Source: Alphaproteobacteria bacterium
Lineage (GTDB): Bacteria; Pseudomonadota; Alphaproteobacteria; Rs-D84
Assembly: GCA_009784235.1 (NCBI GenBank)
Contig: WRCC01000002.1
Coordinates: 16,373 to 48,372 of the forward strand
Direction of reading: 5' to 3'
Length of the DNA: 32,000 bases
Part shown: in pieces, positions 14,871 to 23,570 of the stretch
Layout of the letters: each line of letters begins with the position of its first letter
Position numbering within the stretch: position 1 is the first letter of the stretch
Program-made: the position numbers and the translations under genes
Notes under the pieces: generated by a model
Told to the model about the DNA's origin: nothing
The model's input: only the letters and a program-made list of their open reading frames with translations
Database searches by the model: none

Positions 14871-16496
14871 TTATCTGATGACCATTTCCACACCATCGAT
14901 AAACGTACGGTCCACTGGACCTGGTTGATTCGGTGCGAATTCTGGGTCAACAAATGGGTCGGAATCATCTTCGGGCAACATTATACGTGGGCCCGATTCT
15001 GGTGTTGGTATCGGCGTCTGACGCACACGGCCTGTGCGCATATCACGGATTTTGTATTGCGATGCGCGTTCCGACGATATGCGTATATAATCGCCCGGAT
15101 TTATTACATAATCTATTTCGATTTCGTTCGGACGGCGTGTCATCGGTGGGTTTGTTATATATATCGGACTGATGAAATGATTTTGTGCACGTGTGATTTC
15201 GCGCGGGCTCCCCGATGCGTCCAGGCGCATAATCTGAATCGCGCGTTCGTTCGTACCATTCTGATTAAACCGAATTGCACCGTCCAATCCCATAAATCCA
15301 TTCGGATTGGTTAAATGCGCACCACCATTCAGCACAGATATCGCCAGCATCGCCGCATCATAAGCCATCGAATTCATACGATTCGGCGCACGATTGTTTA
15401 TGCTTTCATATACATTGGAAAATTCCGGTGATATCGGCGGCAAAGCCGCATATTCAGAACCATTCAGCGTTAAATCAGAAAACAATTCCGCCGAATCCCA
15501 CATTGCGGTGCCGTAAAAGCGTACTTGTCCGGACGGCACATCAAAATAGCGCAGAAAAGATGCAATCGCCTTGGAATCCATAGCATTACCCAAGAACAAT
15601 ACAGAATCAAATGGCAACGAACCAACAGTATCCGATTTATTCAACCGTTCCAATTGCGCATTTATGGACGCACGTTCAGACGGTGTCGGATTGCCATTTA
15701 CCAATATATCCGATAATACTTCCTTGGCGCGTTTTGCGGCCGCTGTGCGCGTTGCGTACGCCGATGCGGTTTCGGCGACAGACTTCATCGACCCCATGTC
15801 GCCTTCTTTGAAATAATACAATCCGGATGTTCCGATGCCATAGCTGCGCAATCCGTCCAGCGCGCTGTTGGCCATCATGTGTCCGGCCTTGGTATCTGGT
15901 GCCAAAATCAAGACTGACAGTCCACCATTCATGCGTATTCTGCTGATGATTGCTTCGGCGCTTTGATTCGGGAACAATGCGACTGAAAACGCATTATCGC
16001 CCAGCACCGCCGCATCAGATGTAAATGTCAACGCCGGTGTCCGGTCAGATTTAAGACGGCGCAATAATTCCACGTCTTCGGCAAACACCGGGCCAATTAT
16101 AAAATCTGGCGCGGTCAGTATAATATTTTGTATCGCAGTCGCGCGTTCGTTATGGTTGCCTGATATATCATGGAATGTCAGCGATATGTTCTGCGGTTGC
16201 TTTTGAATAAATGCAATTTCAATTGAACTTTGCATTCCACGACCCAGCGCCGCATTTGCGCCATTCAACGGCAACAATGCCGCAACGCGCCGAACATCAC
16301 CGATATAGAAAAATTCATGTTCATATTCGGATGCAACCGACATATTGAAATCTTGGGTAATATCGGTCGGCATTTGCGTCGCAACGACCGGCACATTTTG
16401 CGGCGATAAAAATTCGCGTGCGCGCTGGCCACTGCCGCCATTACAGGCCGCTAAAAACACGCATATAGACATCAATAAAAAAATTCTTATAAACAT
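14871..16496 (-). CDS. LpoA-like lipoprotein (type-1 periplasmic-binding-fold, penicillin-binding-protein activator family)
   Basis: Start at ATG 16496 (MFIRIFLLMSICVFLAAC lipobox); the track start is a TTG. PBP1-like body: VAALLPLNG...ALGRGMQ...DFIIGPVF. It is divergent from rsmI, matching the known lpoA/rsmI arrangement in E. coli. A ~110-aa C-terminal extension is of unknown nature. Confidence 0.65.
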   Translation of the reverse strand: MFIRIFLLMSICVFLAACNGGSGQRAREFLSPQNVPVVATQMPTDITQDFNMSVASEYEHEFFYIGDVRRVAALLPLNGANAALGRGMQSSIEIAFIQKQPQNISLTFHDISGNHNERATAIQNIILTAPDFIIGPVFAEDVELLRRLKSDRTPALTFTSDAAVLGDNAFSVALFPNQSAEAIISRIRMNGGLSVLILAPDTKAGHMMANSALDGLRSYGIGTSGLYYFKEGDMGSMKSVAETASAYATRTAAAKRAKEVLSDILVNGNPTPSERASINAQLERLNKSDTVGSLPFDSVLFLGNAMDSKAIASFLRYFDVPSGQVRFYGTAMWDSAELFSDLTLNGSEYAALPPISPEFSNVYESINNRAPNRMNSMAYDAAMLAISVLNGGAHLTNPNGFMGLDGAIRFNQNGTNERAIQIMRLDASGSPREITRAQNHFISPIYITNPPMTRRPNEIEIDYVINPGDYIRISSERASQYKIRDMRTGRVRQTPIPTPESGPRIMLPEDDSDPFVDPEFAPNQPGPVDRTFIDGVEMVIR

Positions 16497-16542
16497 TGAA
16501 ATCCCATCCAAGCCACGCTATTATAAAAGCAAAGGATTCAGA

Positions 16543-17388
16543 ATGCAACCAGGACTTTATATTATTGGCACACCAATTGGAAATCTGTCTGATATGTCGC
16601 CGCGGGCAATTGAAACTTTGCAAAACGTGGATTTGATTGTATGCGAAGACACGCGTGTTTCTGGGAAATTGGCCACTCATTTCGATATCAAAACACGCCG
16701 CATTGCAATGCACGAACATAACGAACGCGATATGGCGGGCGTGGTCGCCGACATGATTGCCGGCCGACTGGATGCAAATGGTGCGCAAGTACTCGAAGGC
16801 ACGATGCCCGGCCTTGCAGTCGCATTGATATCCGATTCTGGCATGCCGACGATTTCTGACCCTGGATTTCGATTGGTGCGTGAATGCCGCGTGCAAAAAT
16901 TGTCTGTATTTGTTGTGCCGGGCCCGACTGCATTCGCATCTGCATTGGTGTTATCCGGGTTTCCAACCGACCGATTTACATTTTGCGGATTTTTCAAAGA
17001 TGAAAAACATCTGGCAAGCGATAACAAAATCCGCCATACGATAATCTATTACGAATCACCAAATCGAATAATGGATACAATTGGGACATGTGCCCGTATA
17101 TGCCCAGAACGCCGAATTGCAATCGTGCGTGAAATTACAAAAATCCACGAAGAAACCATAATCGGTTATCCATCGGAATTATTAAATATCACACCGCCAC
17201 GCGGTGAAATTGTATTAATTATCGAACCCGCGCCTGATACCAAGATGTCTGACAATGAAATAAATGAAATTGTGCGCGATATTGTCGCTGGCGCAAACAG
17301 CACCAAAGACAAAGCCGCTGAAATCGCGGCACGCACCGGAATTTCAAAATCCGAAGCATATGAAAAGGTGATTAAAAATGGCAATTAA
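16543..17388 (+). CDS. rsmI: 16S rRNA (cytidine1402-2'-O)-methyltransferase RsmI
   Basis: Start at ATG 16543 (MQPGLYIIGTPIGNLSDMSPRAIETLQNVDLIVCEDTR...ALISDSGMPTISDPGFRLV...IYYESPNR...REITKIHEE). Confidence 0.95.
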   Translation: MQPGLYIIGTPIGNLSDMSPRAIETLQNVDLIVCEDTRVSGKLATHFDIKTRRIAMHEHNERDMAGVVADMIAGRLDANGAQVLEGTMPGLAVALISDSGMPTISDPGFRLVRECRVQKLSVFVVPGPTAFASALVLSGFPTDRFTFCGFFKDEKHLASDNKIRHTIIYYESPNRIMDTIGTCARICPERRIAIVREITKIHEETIIGYPSELLNITPPRGEIVLIIEPAPDTKMSDNEINEIVRDIVAGANSTKDKAAEIAARTGISKSEAYEKVIKNGN

Positions 17389-17947
17389 CTTTCTGGGCTC
17401 TTTCGAAACAGTTGAATCCTTGCCGAAACGGCGCGCGCCAGAATTCGCATTTATCGGGCGCAGTAATGTCGGCAAATCATCGCTGCTGAACGCACTTGTC
17501 GGACAACGTGTTGCCCGCACATCAAACACGCCCGGCCGCACGCAAAGCATTAATTTATTTGACTGGGATGGTATTATACTGGCCGATTTACCGGGATACG
17601 GTTATGCCAAGGCATCCAAGACCGATATTGTCCGCTGGGCAGACCGTCTTGAAAAATATTTGTGTTCGCGCGACCAATTGGAACGATTGTTTATCCTGGT
17701 CGATTCGCGGCACGGACTGAAAGATTCTGATATTGATATGATGGATTTTTGTGATGCGAATGCATTGCCTTATCAAATCGTTTTAACTAAATTTGATAAA
17801 TCAAAAAAATCTGATATCGAAAAAATTCGGGCCGACATTGAATGCGAAATTGCCAAACGCGGCGCCGCATGTCCCGCAATTATCATAACATCCGCCGAAA
17901 AGAAAACCGGAATTCCAGAATTAAAAAAAGAAATATGCGCGCCATAA
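17378..17947 (+). CDS. engB: Ribosome biogenesis GTP-binding protein EngB/YihA
   Basis: FIGRSNVGKSSLLNAL...TSNTPGRTQ...DLPGYGYA...LTKFDK. Overlaps rsmI by 11 nt. Confidence 0.95.
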   Translation: MAINFLGSFETVESLPKRRAPEFAFIGRSNVGKSSLLNALVGQRVARTSNTPGRTQSINLFDWDGIILADLPGYGYAKASKTDIVRWADRLEKYLCSRDQLERLFILVDSRHGLKDSDIDMMDFCDANALPYQIVLTKFDKSKKSDIEKIRADIECEIAKRGAACPAIIITSAEKKTGIPELKKEICAP

Positions 17948-20451
17948 ATAATATTTTTTGCGCATCAAATCCGGCGCGTCTGCCGGATGCTTTGTGGGAA
18001 TTTTTATCCGGCCGCGATTTTTCAAACGATATTATATTTTTGCCGTCCCGGCGCGCTGTTCGCACAGTCGAACGCATGATTGTTGAAAAATCCGGCGCAA
18101 TATTATTGCCAAAATTGATAGCACTTGGCGAAGGTGCGGACGAAGATGATATCGATGCGCCGACCGATACTGTTTCCAATTTTGAACGAACACTCGTTCT
18201 GGCAAAAATGTTATCCGCATCGATGAATTCATCTGTGTCGGCCGCACTGCCCGTTGCGCGCGATTTGATTCGGATGACTGATTATTTGGAAAACGAAGGA
18301 ATTGATGCCGCCGACATAAATTGGTCCGATTTGGTTGGCGAAAAATATGCTGTGCATTTTCGGGACAAAGCACGATTCCTTGATTTGGCGGCCCGCGCCC
18401 TGCCCCTTGTATTCGCTGGGCGCGAGACATCGTCACAGCGCCGTAACAAAGATATACGCGGATGGATTGGCCATCTGAAAAATAAAACGTCCGGAAAAAT
18501 TATCGTATGCGGTTCAACCGGTTCTGTACCGGCGACAGCCGATTTGATGGCATACGTCGCTGGGCTTGATAGCGGATGCATTATTTTACCCGGGAAAATA
18601 ACATCTGCCAACCACCGACTACCAATCACCGACCCATATTATTCCGAAGCACAATTTCTACAACGAATAAACGCAGAACCAGATGACATTAAAATTATCA
18701 ACACCGGCGAAAATACAATAGATTTTTTAAACCACGCATTTTCCAATACATCTTCAAACTTCGAACTTCAAACTTTAAACTTCACAAGAATTGACTGCAC
18801 CCGCGAATCCGAAGAAGCCGAAGTTGTCGCAGAAATTACCGCGGATGCAATCGCTGAAAACAAGACTGTTTTAATCGTAACGCCAGATGCCGCCGCAAAC
18901 CAGCGTATTCGCGAATCATTCGCGCGCCGGAATATCACAGCCGATTTTTCCGGCGGAATATCTGGCGCCACATCACCGCTTGGGCGAATGATTTTACGAA
19001 TATTGGATGCCAGCGATGAAATTTATTCCGCATATAAAAAAACTAATCTTTACGGTGCGGTTATAAATATATTTGAAAAATCACACAGCGCAAAAATCAG
19101 TTTGTTTGATAACGAAGAACTGGTCACAATATTCGATACAATCCGCGAATTATCGGATATATTGCAAAACAATGATTTGGAATTGACCGCCGCGGATTTG
19201 CGAACGATTGTCGCGGACATGCTGTCATCCGCGCAAATTCGCCCGCCCATGATTGATAATGCGCGCATCTCTGTATTGGGCACGATTGAATCAAGGTTGC
19301 AGACCGCCGATATTGTGATACTGACCGGCCTGAACGAAGGCATGTTCCCAGCAATGGGCTATGAAAATCCATGGCTGCCGCGGCGAATATGCGATGAAAT
19401 CGGTCTGCCGCCACCGGAACGCAAGGTATCACTGATGGCGCTTGATTTTATAACATTATCATGCGCACGAACGGTCTATTGGACACGCAGCAAATCATCC
19501 GACGGCACAGTTACAACAGAATCACGCTTTTTGTCGCGTGTTGCAGTTGCATGTAGGGGCGCATGCAATCCGGGGTCCCCGCACGAACGAAGTTCGAGTG
19601 GGGTGGGTGCGTCCAGCACACCCCTACAAAACGCACGCGAACGCGATAATATTCCATTAAATCCGCTGGGTTATCGCGCACCAACGCCGCCGGCCAGCCG
19701 CGGCGATGTATGGGTTACTGAACTGGAATTATTAATCCATAATCCGTATGCTTTTTATGCGAAAAACATTTTGGGATTGCGTCCAAAAGACGACCCATGG
19801 AAACAAATCGGCGCCAAAGAATTCGGGATATTGGTTCATGATGTAATAGAGTCCATAGTCAACAGTCAACAGTCAACAGTAAATGATATCGTTGCGAAAC
19901 TGGATGCAAAGGCGCGGGAAATTTTGGAGCCCGGTTCAGTACTATTTCATTTTTGGCATAATCGATTTGTCGAAATGGCACCGGAAATTAAAAAATTAAT
20001 TGACCGCACGACCGGTAATTCGCGCACCGAAATCGCGGGTTCTGTTAATATCGCAGGACGCAATGTCCGTGCACGCGCAGATATGATTTTGTCCGATAAC
20101 ACAGGCGATTATGTCATAGATTTCAAAACCGGTGCAACGCCGTCAAAAGCGCAACTGGACGCGGGCAATATGCCGCAATTACCGCTGGAAGCATATATGC
20201 TGCAACGCGGCGGATTTGCCACCGCGCCGCAAACATCGAATATAGTTATCCAATTTTTACAATTAAAAAACCGTGATGTTCGAACGATTGAATATAGTGG
20301 CACGGACGCACAAAAAATGATTGATGCAGCGGTACAAAAAACATCCGAATTATTTGGTCGGTATAGCACTGATTTCGAGCCGTACGAATACCGCGAAACA
20401 TCGGATGGAAAATACAAAGCATACGACGATTTGGCAAGAATTGATGATTAA
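17935..20451 (+). CDS. addB: Double-strand break repair protein AddB (alphaproteobacterial type, PD-(D/E)XK nuclease C-terminus)
   Basis: Start at ATG 17935 (MRAINNIFCASNP...), overlapping the end of engB. The C-terminal block GDYVIDFKTGATPSKAQLDAGNMPQLPLEAYML is typical of alpha AddB. Contains three in-frame repeat insertions. No addA lies adjacent. Confidence 0.8.
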   Translation: MRAINNIFCASNPARLPDALWEFLSGRDFSNDIIFLPSRRAVRTVERMIVEKSGAILLPKLIALGEGADEDDIDAPTDTVSNFERTLVLAKMLSASMNSSVSAALPVARDLIRMTDYLENEGIDAADINWSDLVGEKYAVHFRDKARFLDLAARALPLVFAGRETSSQRRNKDIRGWIGHLKNKTSGKIIVCGSTGSVPATADLMAYVAGLDSGCIILPGKITSANHRLPITDPYYSEAQFLQRINAEPDDIKIINTGENTIDFLNHAFSNTSSNFELQTLNFTRIDCTRESEEAEVVAEITADAIAENKTVLIVTPDAAANQRIRESFARRNITADFSGGISGATSPLGRMILRILDASDEIYSAYKKTNLYGAVINIFEKSHSAKISLFDNEELVTIFDTIRELSDILQNNDLELTAADLRTIVADMLSSAQIRPPMIDNARISVLGTIESRLQTADIVILTGLNEGMFPAMGYENPWLPRRICDEIGLPPPERKVSLMALDFITLSCARTVYWTRSKSSDGTVTTESRFLSRVAVACRGACNPGSPHERSSSGVGASSTPLQNARERDNIPLNPLGYRAPTPPASRGDVWVTELELLIHNPYAFYAKNILGLRPKDDPWKQIGAKEFGILVHDVIESIVNSQQSTVNDIVAKLDAKAREILEPGSVLFHFWHNRFVEMAPEIKKLIDRTTGNSRTEIAGSVNIAGRNVRARADMILSDNTGDYVIDFKTGATPSKAQLDAGNMPQLPLEAYMLQRGGFATAPQTSNIVIQFLQLKNRDVRTIEYSGTDAQKMIDAAVQKTSELFGRYSTDFEPYEYRETSDGKYKAYDDLARIDD
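18752..18786. repeat. Heptamer-array module, CTTCAAA family, copy D1 (inside addB)
   Basis: cttcaaa cttcgaa cttcaaa ctttaaa cttcaca encodes SSNFELQTLNFT. It matches the reverse complement of the left arm of 25835-25869 at about 28/32 positions. Confidence 0.85.
19553..19627. repeat. 75-nt GC-rich palindromic element, family A-like, copy A3 (inside addB)
   Basis: gtaggggcgcatgcaatccggggtccccgcacgaacgaagttcgagtggggtgggtgcgtccagcacacccctac. It has the same GTAGGGGCGCAT...CCCCTAC termini as family A. An internal 12-bp hairpin ccccgcacgaac-gaa-gttcgagtgggg has one mismatch. 75 nt equals 25 codons (RGACNPGSPHERSSSGVGASSTPL). Confidence 0.8.
19850..19884. repeat. Heptamer-array module, AGTCAAC family, copy E1 (inside addB)
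   Basis: agtccat agtcaac agtcaac agtcaac agtaaat encodes SIVNSQQSTVN. Confidence 0.75.
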
Positions 20452-20478
20452 AAAATCCGCCGTTCGGCGGATTTTTAT
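20451..20478. terminator. Bidirectional rho-independent terminator
   Basis: aaaAATCCGCCgttcGGCGGATTtttat, directly after the addB stop. Confidence 0.7.
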
Positions 20479-21011
20479 TCTGAAAATATTCTTTCAACTT
20501 CTGCAACGAACTGTATTGCCGGTTCGCCCAGACGGTTGGCTTTGTCCAGTATTCTGCGAAATTCGCGCGCAAATTCGCCCTGTTCGGTGGCCAGGTTTCT
20601 ATAAATCTGCATCTGCATTTGATTAAAATTTCTGTCAGTATTACGTTGGTTAATTTCCCCGTGTAATGCGTTCGCAATTTCCAATTGACGCGTGGCCGCT
20701 GCGCGGAATTTGTCCGCATTTTCCGGACAACCCCAATTTACCAAGTCAACATAAACCTGGGCATTATCCAAAAATCTTTCGGGGCTGTAAGTCGGAATAT
20801 CGGATTCGTTTTCAATCCTTTCCATTAATTTTGATTCAACGACTTCACACACGCGTTCTTGGGCATTTTCATTTGTCGGTGCCACCGGCGCCTTTGCGGG
20901 AATATGCGCAAGCGACAACCCAATAAATACACCAACGCCAAAAATCACAGCAATAATTATATATAATATTATTTTGGATGTGTGTGCTTCGTGCGTTGTA
21001 TTTTTTGGCAT
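20475..21011 (-). CDS. Hypothetical membrane-anchored protein
   Basis: Start at ATG 21011, preceded by the strong SD aaaggagagag (MPKNTTHEAHTSKIILYIIIAVIFGVGVFIGLSL...). One N-terminal TM segment, with the remainder predicted helical. I recognised no domain. Confidence 0.7.
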   Translation of the reverse strand: MPKNTTHEAHTSKIILYIIIAVIFGVGVFIGLSLAHIPAKAPVAPTNENAQERVCEVVESKLMERIENESDIPTYSPERFLDNAQVYVDLVNWGCPENADKFRAAATRQLEIANALHGEINQRNTDRNFNQMQMQIYRNLATEQGEFAREFRRILDKANRLGEPAIQFVAEVERIFSE

Positions 21012-21036
21012 TTTCTCTCTCCTTTGATTTTTCATT

Positions 21037-21774
21037 TTAACAAATTTTATCTGACTTCTTCAATGGGGCGACAATCCCATTTTCAATCGTAATAACGCGG
21101 TCTGCGCGGTCGGCCAGGCGCATATCATGGGTAACAAACATCATTGCCAAACCGTTTTCGCGCACAGTGGCCAGCAATAAATCAAACACTGCACCGGCAT
21201 GTTTTGGGTCGAGACTTCCGGTCGGTTCATCCGCCAGGATTATATCCGGATTATTCGCCAACGCGCGCGCAACGGCTGTGCGTTGTTGCTCGCCCCCCGA
21301 CATCTGTGTTGGCCGATGTTCCGCGCGATGCAAAACATTCACCATCTTTAATAATTTTTTTGCGCGCACATGCGCAACTTCCCCGTCCGCGCCGGCAGCC
21401 ATAATTGGCAAAGCGACATTTTCAACGGCCGAAAAATCTTCCAGCAAATTATGCCGCTGGTAAACAAAGCCCAATTTATCACGACGAATGCGCGTGCGTT
21501 CATCGTCATTCATTTTATGCACTGGCTGGCCTGATATAGCAATATGTCCCGATGTCGGACGTTCCAGCAATCCAACACATTGCAGCAAGGTCGATTTGCC
21601 ACAACCCGACGGTCCCACCATCGCAACAATTTCACCGCGATGCAAATCAAATCCGCCGCCGCGCAGAATTTGCAAAGGCTGTCCGCCTTCGATAAAAGTC
21701 TTGCCAATATCACGAACAGACATAACGACTTCACGATGTTTTGGTTTTGATAAAGAATTTAATATTTTACTCAT
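21037..21774 (-). CDS. lolD: Lipoprotein-releasing ABC transporter ATP-binding protein LolD
   Basis: Walker A GPSGCGKST, signature MSGGEQQR, Walker B ILADEPTGSLD. ATG 21774 overlaps the permease stop by 8 nt. Confidence 0.9.
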   Translation of the reverse strand: MSKILNSLSKPKHREVVMSVRDIGKTFIEGGQPLQILRGGGFDLHRGEIVAMVGPSGCGKSTLLQCVGLLERPTSGHIAISGQPVHKMNDDERTRIRRDKLGFVYQRHNLLEDFSAVENVALPIMAAGADGEVAHVRAKKLLKMVNVLHRAEHRPTQMSGGEQQRTAVARALANNPDIILADEPTGSLDPKHAGAVFDLLLATVRENGLAMMFVTHDMRLADRADRVITIENGIVAPLKKSDKIC

Positions 21775-23023
21775 AACGCAACACCTCAACAGGGTCTAGC
21801 TTCGCGGCGCGCCACGCCGGATATAATGTGGCCAAGAATGCCAATATTATCGCGGTCAATGCAATGCCGATAACGGACGTGATTTCCAATTTAGACGGCA
21901 ATTCAGACAGATAATACATTTCCGGCGGAAACAGGTTGCGGCCGGTCATCCATTGGATACCTTGGCGAATTTGTTCAATATATGTCGCAACAATCACACC
22001 CAACACGGTTCCAAGTATCGCCCCAATAACACCAATCGATGTTCCGGATAATATAAATATTTTCATCATCGAACGCCGGGACACACCGAATGTGCGCAGC
22101 ACAGCGATATCACGTGATTTATCTTTGACCATCATAACCAAGCTGGAAATTATGTTAAACGCCGCAACGATAATAATTAACATCAGTATCAAGAACATAA
22201 CATTGCGTTCGACTTGCAATGCGCCGACAAATCCAGAATTCAAATCGCGCCAATCGCGTACAACAAACCCACCGGGCAGCAAGTCGCGCAGCGCATCACG
22301 CACGGCCGATGTTGTTTTCGCGTCTTTCAAGAATATATCGATATGCGATACGCCGTCCGGCGTACCCAAGTACCGTTGCGCCGTTTCCAAATCCATAAAT
22401 ATATATCCGGAATCGTATTCGTACATGCCCATCATAAATGTGGACTTCACAGGATAAGACATTATCCGCGGCATTGTGCCGAACGGCGTCGGCGTACCTT
22501 GGTTCGCAGATATCAGCGACACTTCATCATTCATGGTCAGTTTCAGGTTGCGCGCCAACGCCATACCCATAACCAATTGCCCGCCGCGAATTTCAGATAA
22601 CGAAGTTCCGTAAATTTTCGTACCAATGCCCGTAATCTTTGCCAAATCATCCATGCGGATTCCGCGCACAATCGCGCCGGAATTATTGCCTTCGCGCGAT
22701 ACCATAACCTGGCCTTCCAACACCGGAACCACGCCAGTCATGCTGGCCGATACGACTTTGTTTTGTTTGATTTTATCGATTAAGAAATCATAGTCCGTAA
22801 TAACGCCGCCGCCATGATATACGACAACGTGCCCGTTCATGCCGATAATACGCGACAGCAAAGCATCATGAAACCCGGCCATCACAGACATTACGACAAT
22901 AAGCGTCGCCACGCCCAGCATGATGCCAATCAGCGACACCCACGATATGACGGATACGAATCCTTCTTTGCGCTTTGCACGCAAATACCGAAATGCGATT
23001 TTTGATTCAAGTTTTGTGAACAT
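21767..23023 (-). CDS. Lipoprotein-releasing system permease, LolC/LolE family
   Basis: 418 aa. Opens with MFTKLESKIAFRYLRAKRKEGFVSVISWVSLIGIMLGVATLIVVMSVMAGF and ends with an FtsX-like domain (...AILAFLATLYPAWRAAKLDPVEVLRYE). Confidence 0.9.
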   Translation of the reverse strand: MFTKLESKIAFRYLRAKRKEGFVSVISWVSLIGIMLGVATLIVVMSVMAGFHDALLSRIIGMNGHVVVYHGGGVITDYDFLIDKIKQNKVVSASMTGVVPVLEGQVMVSREGNNSGAIVRGIRMDDLAKITGIGTKIYGTSLSEIRGGQLVMGMALARNLKLTMNDEVSLISANQGTPTPFGTMPRIMSYPVKSTFMMGMYEYDSGYIFMDLETAQRYLGTPDGVSHIDIFLKDAKTTSAVRDALRDLLPGGFVVRDWRDLNSGFVGALQVERNVMFLILMLIIIVAAFNIISSLVMMVKDKSRDIAVLRTFGVSRRSMMKIFILSGTSIGVIGAILGTVLGVIVATYIEQIRQGIQWMTGRNLFPPEMYYLSELPSKLEITSVIGIALTAIILAFLATLYPAWRAAKLDPVEVLRYE

Positions 23024-23032
23024 GGTTTTCTC

Positions 23033-23569
23033 TTACTTTGGCACCGGCAGACCCAGCTTGTTCAGCGGAATATACCCGAAATAATAATCACACCGAACAG
23101 AATTTATATAATCCAAAACATCCTTGTACCTTGGGTCCCTGAACCAATCGAACAACAGGTACATATATTCAACATCTATATTCAGCGGCGCAAGCAATTT
23201 TTTATATTGTTTTTTCTTAAAATCACAGGTTTGCAACTTTTCATCAACACTGCCAGGGGTTTGTTGAAATTTTGCCTCTACTATATACAAAACATTATTC
23301 GCAATTACATATATTGAATCATCCGGTAAAAGTTTTTTGGATAAAATAGTCTTCCAATCAATCCCGCGCAATGCAAGGAACCTGTACAAATCATGTTTTT
23401 TGAAAATATATGCGACTGATTTTTTATTATAAAAAACTTCCAAGAATTTATTTTTATCATGCGCCAGTGAATAGTTTTTTTGACGCGACAAAAAATCGGC
23501 CAAGTCGGTTTTTCCTTCGAAAACCAGGCCTGTTTTTGTATTCGCGCCGCCGATTCCGTCTTTTTTCAT
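23033..23569 (-). CDS. Putative type II restriction endonuclease (small PD-(D/E)XK nuclease)
   Basis: 178 aa from ATG 23569, or 182 aa from ATG 23581, which overlaps the MTase end. PD...(D/E)XK-like motif LPDDSIYVIANNVLYIVEAKFQ. It lies immediately downstream of a Dam-family MTase and looks AT-rich by eye. Specificity cannot be read from the sequence. Confidence 0.55.
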   Translation of the reverse strand: MKKDGIGGANTKTGLVFEGKTDLADFLSRQKNYSLAHDKNKFLEVFYNKKSVAYIFKKHDLYRFLALRGIDWKTILSKKLLPDDSIYVIANNVLYIVEAKFQQTPGSVDEKLQTCDFKKKQYKKLLAPLNIDVEYMYLLFDWFRDPRYKDVLDYINSVRCDYYFGYIPLNKLGLPVPK

Positions 23570-23570
23570 C

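Noticed and set aside
16345-16542. N-terminal extensions proposed by the ORF track: rsmI from 16345, addB from 17842, mnmE to 5704, ruvA to 6443, CDGSH from 3391, the lipoprotein from 26020, GNAT to 27350, and the lpoA-like gene to 16511.
   Set aside because: The extensions overlap neighbouring genes, tRNA or terminator sequence, or repeats. They often use TTG or GTG starts and precede a canonical family N-terminus that has an ATG and an SD.
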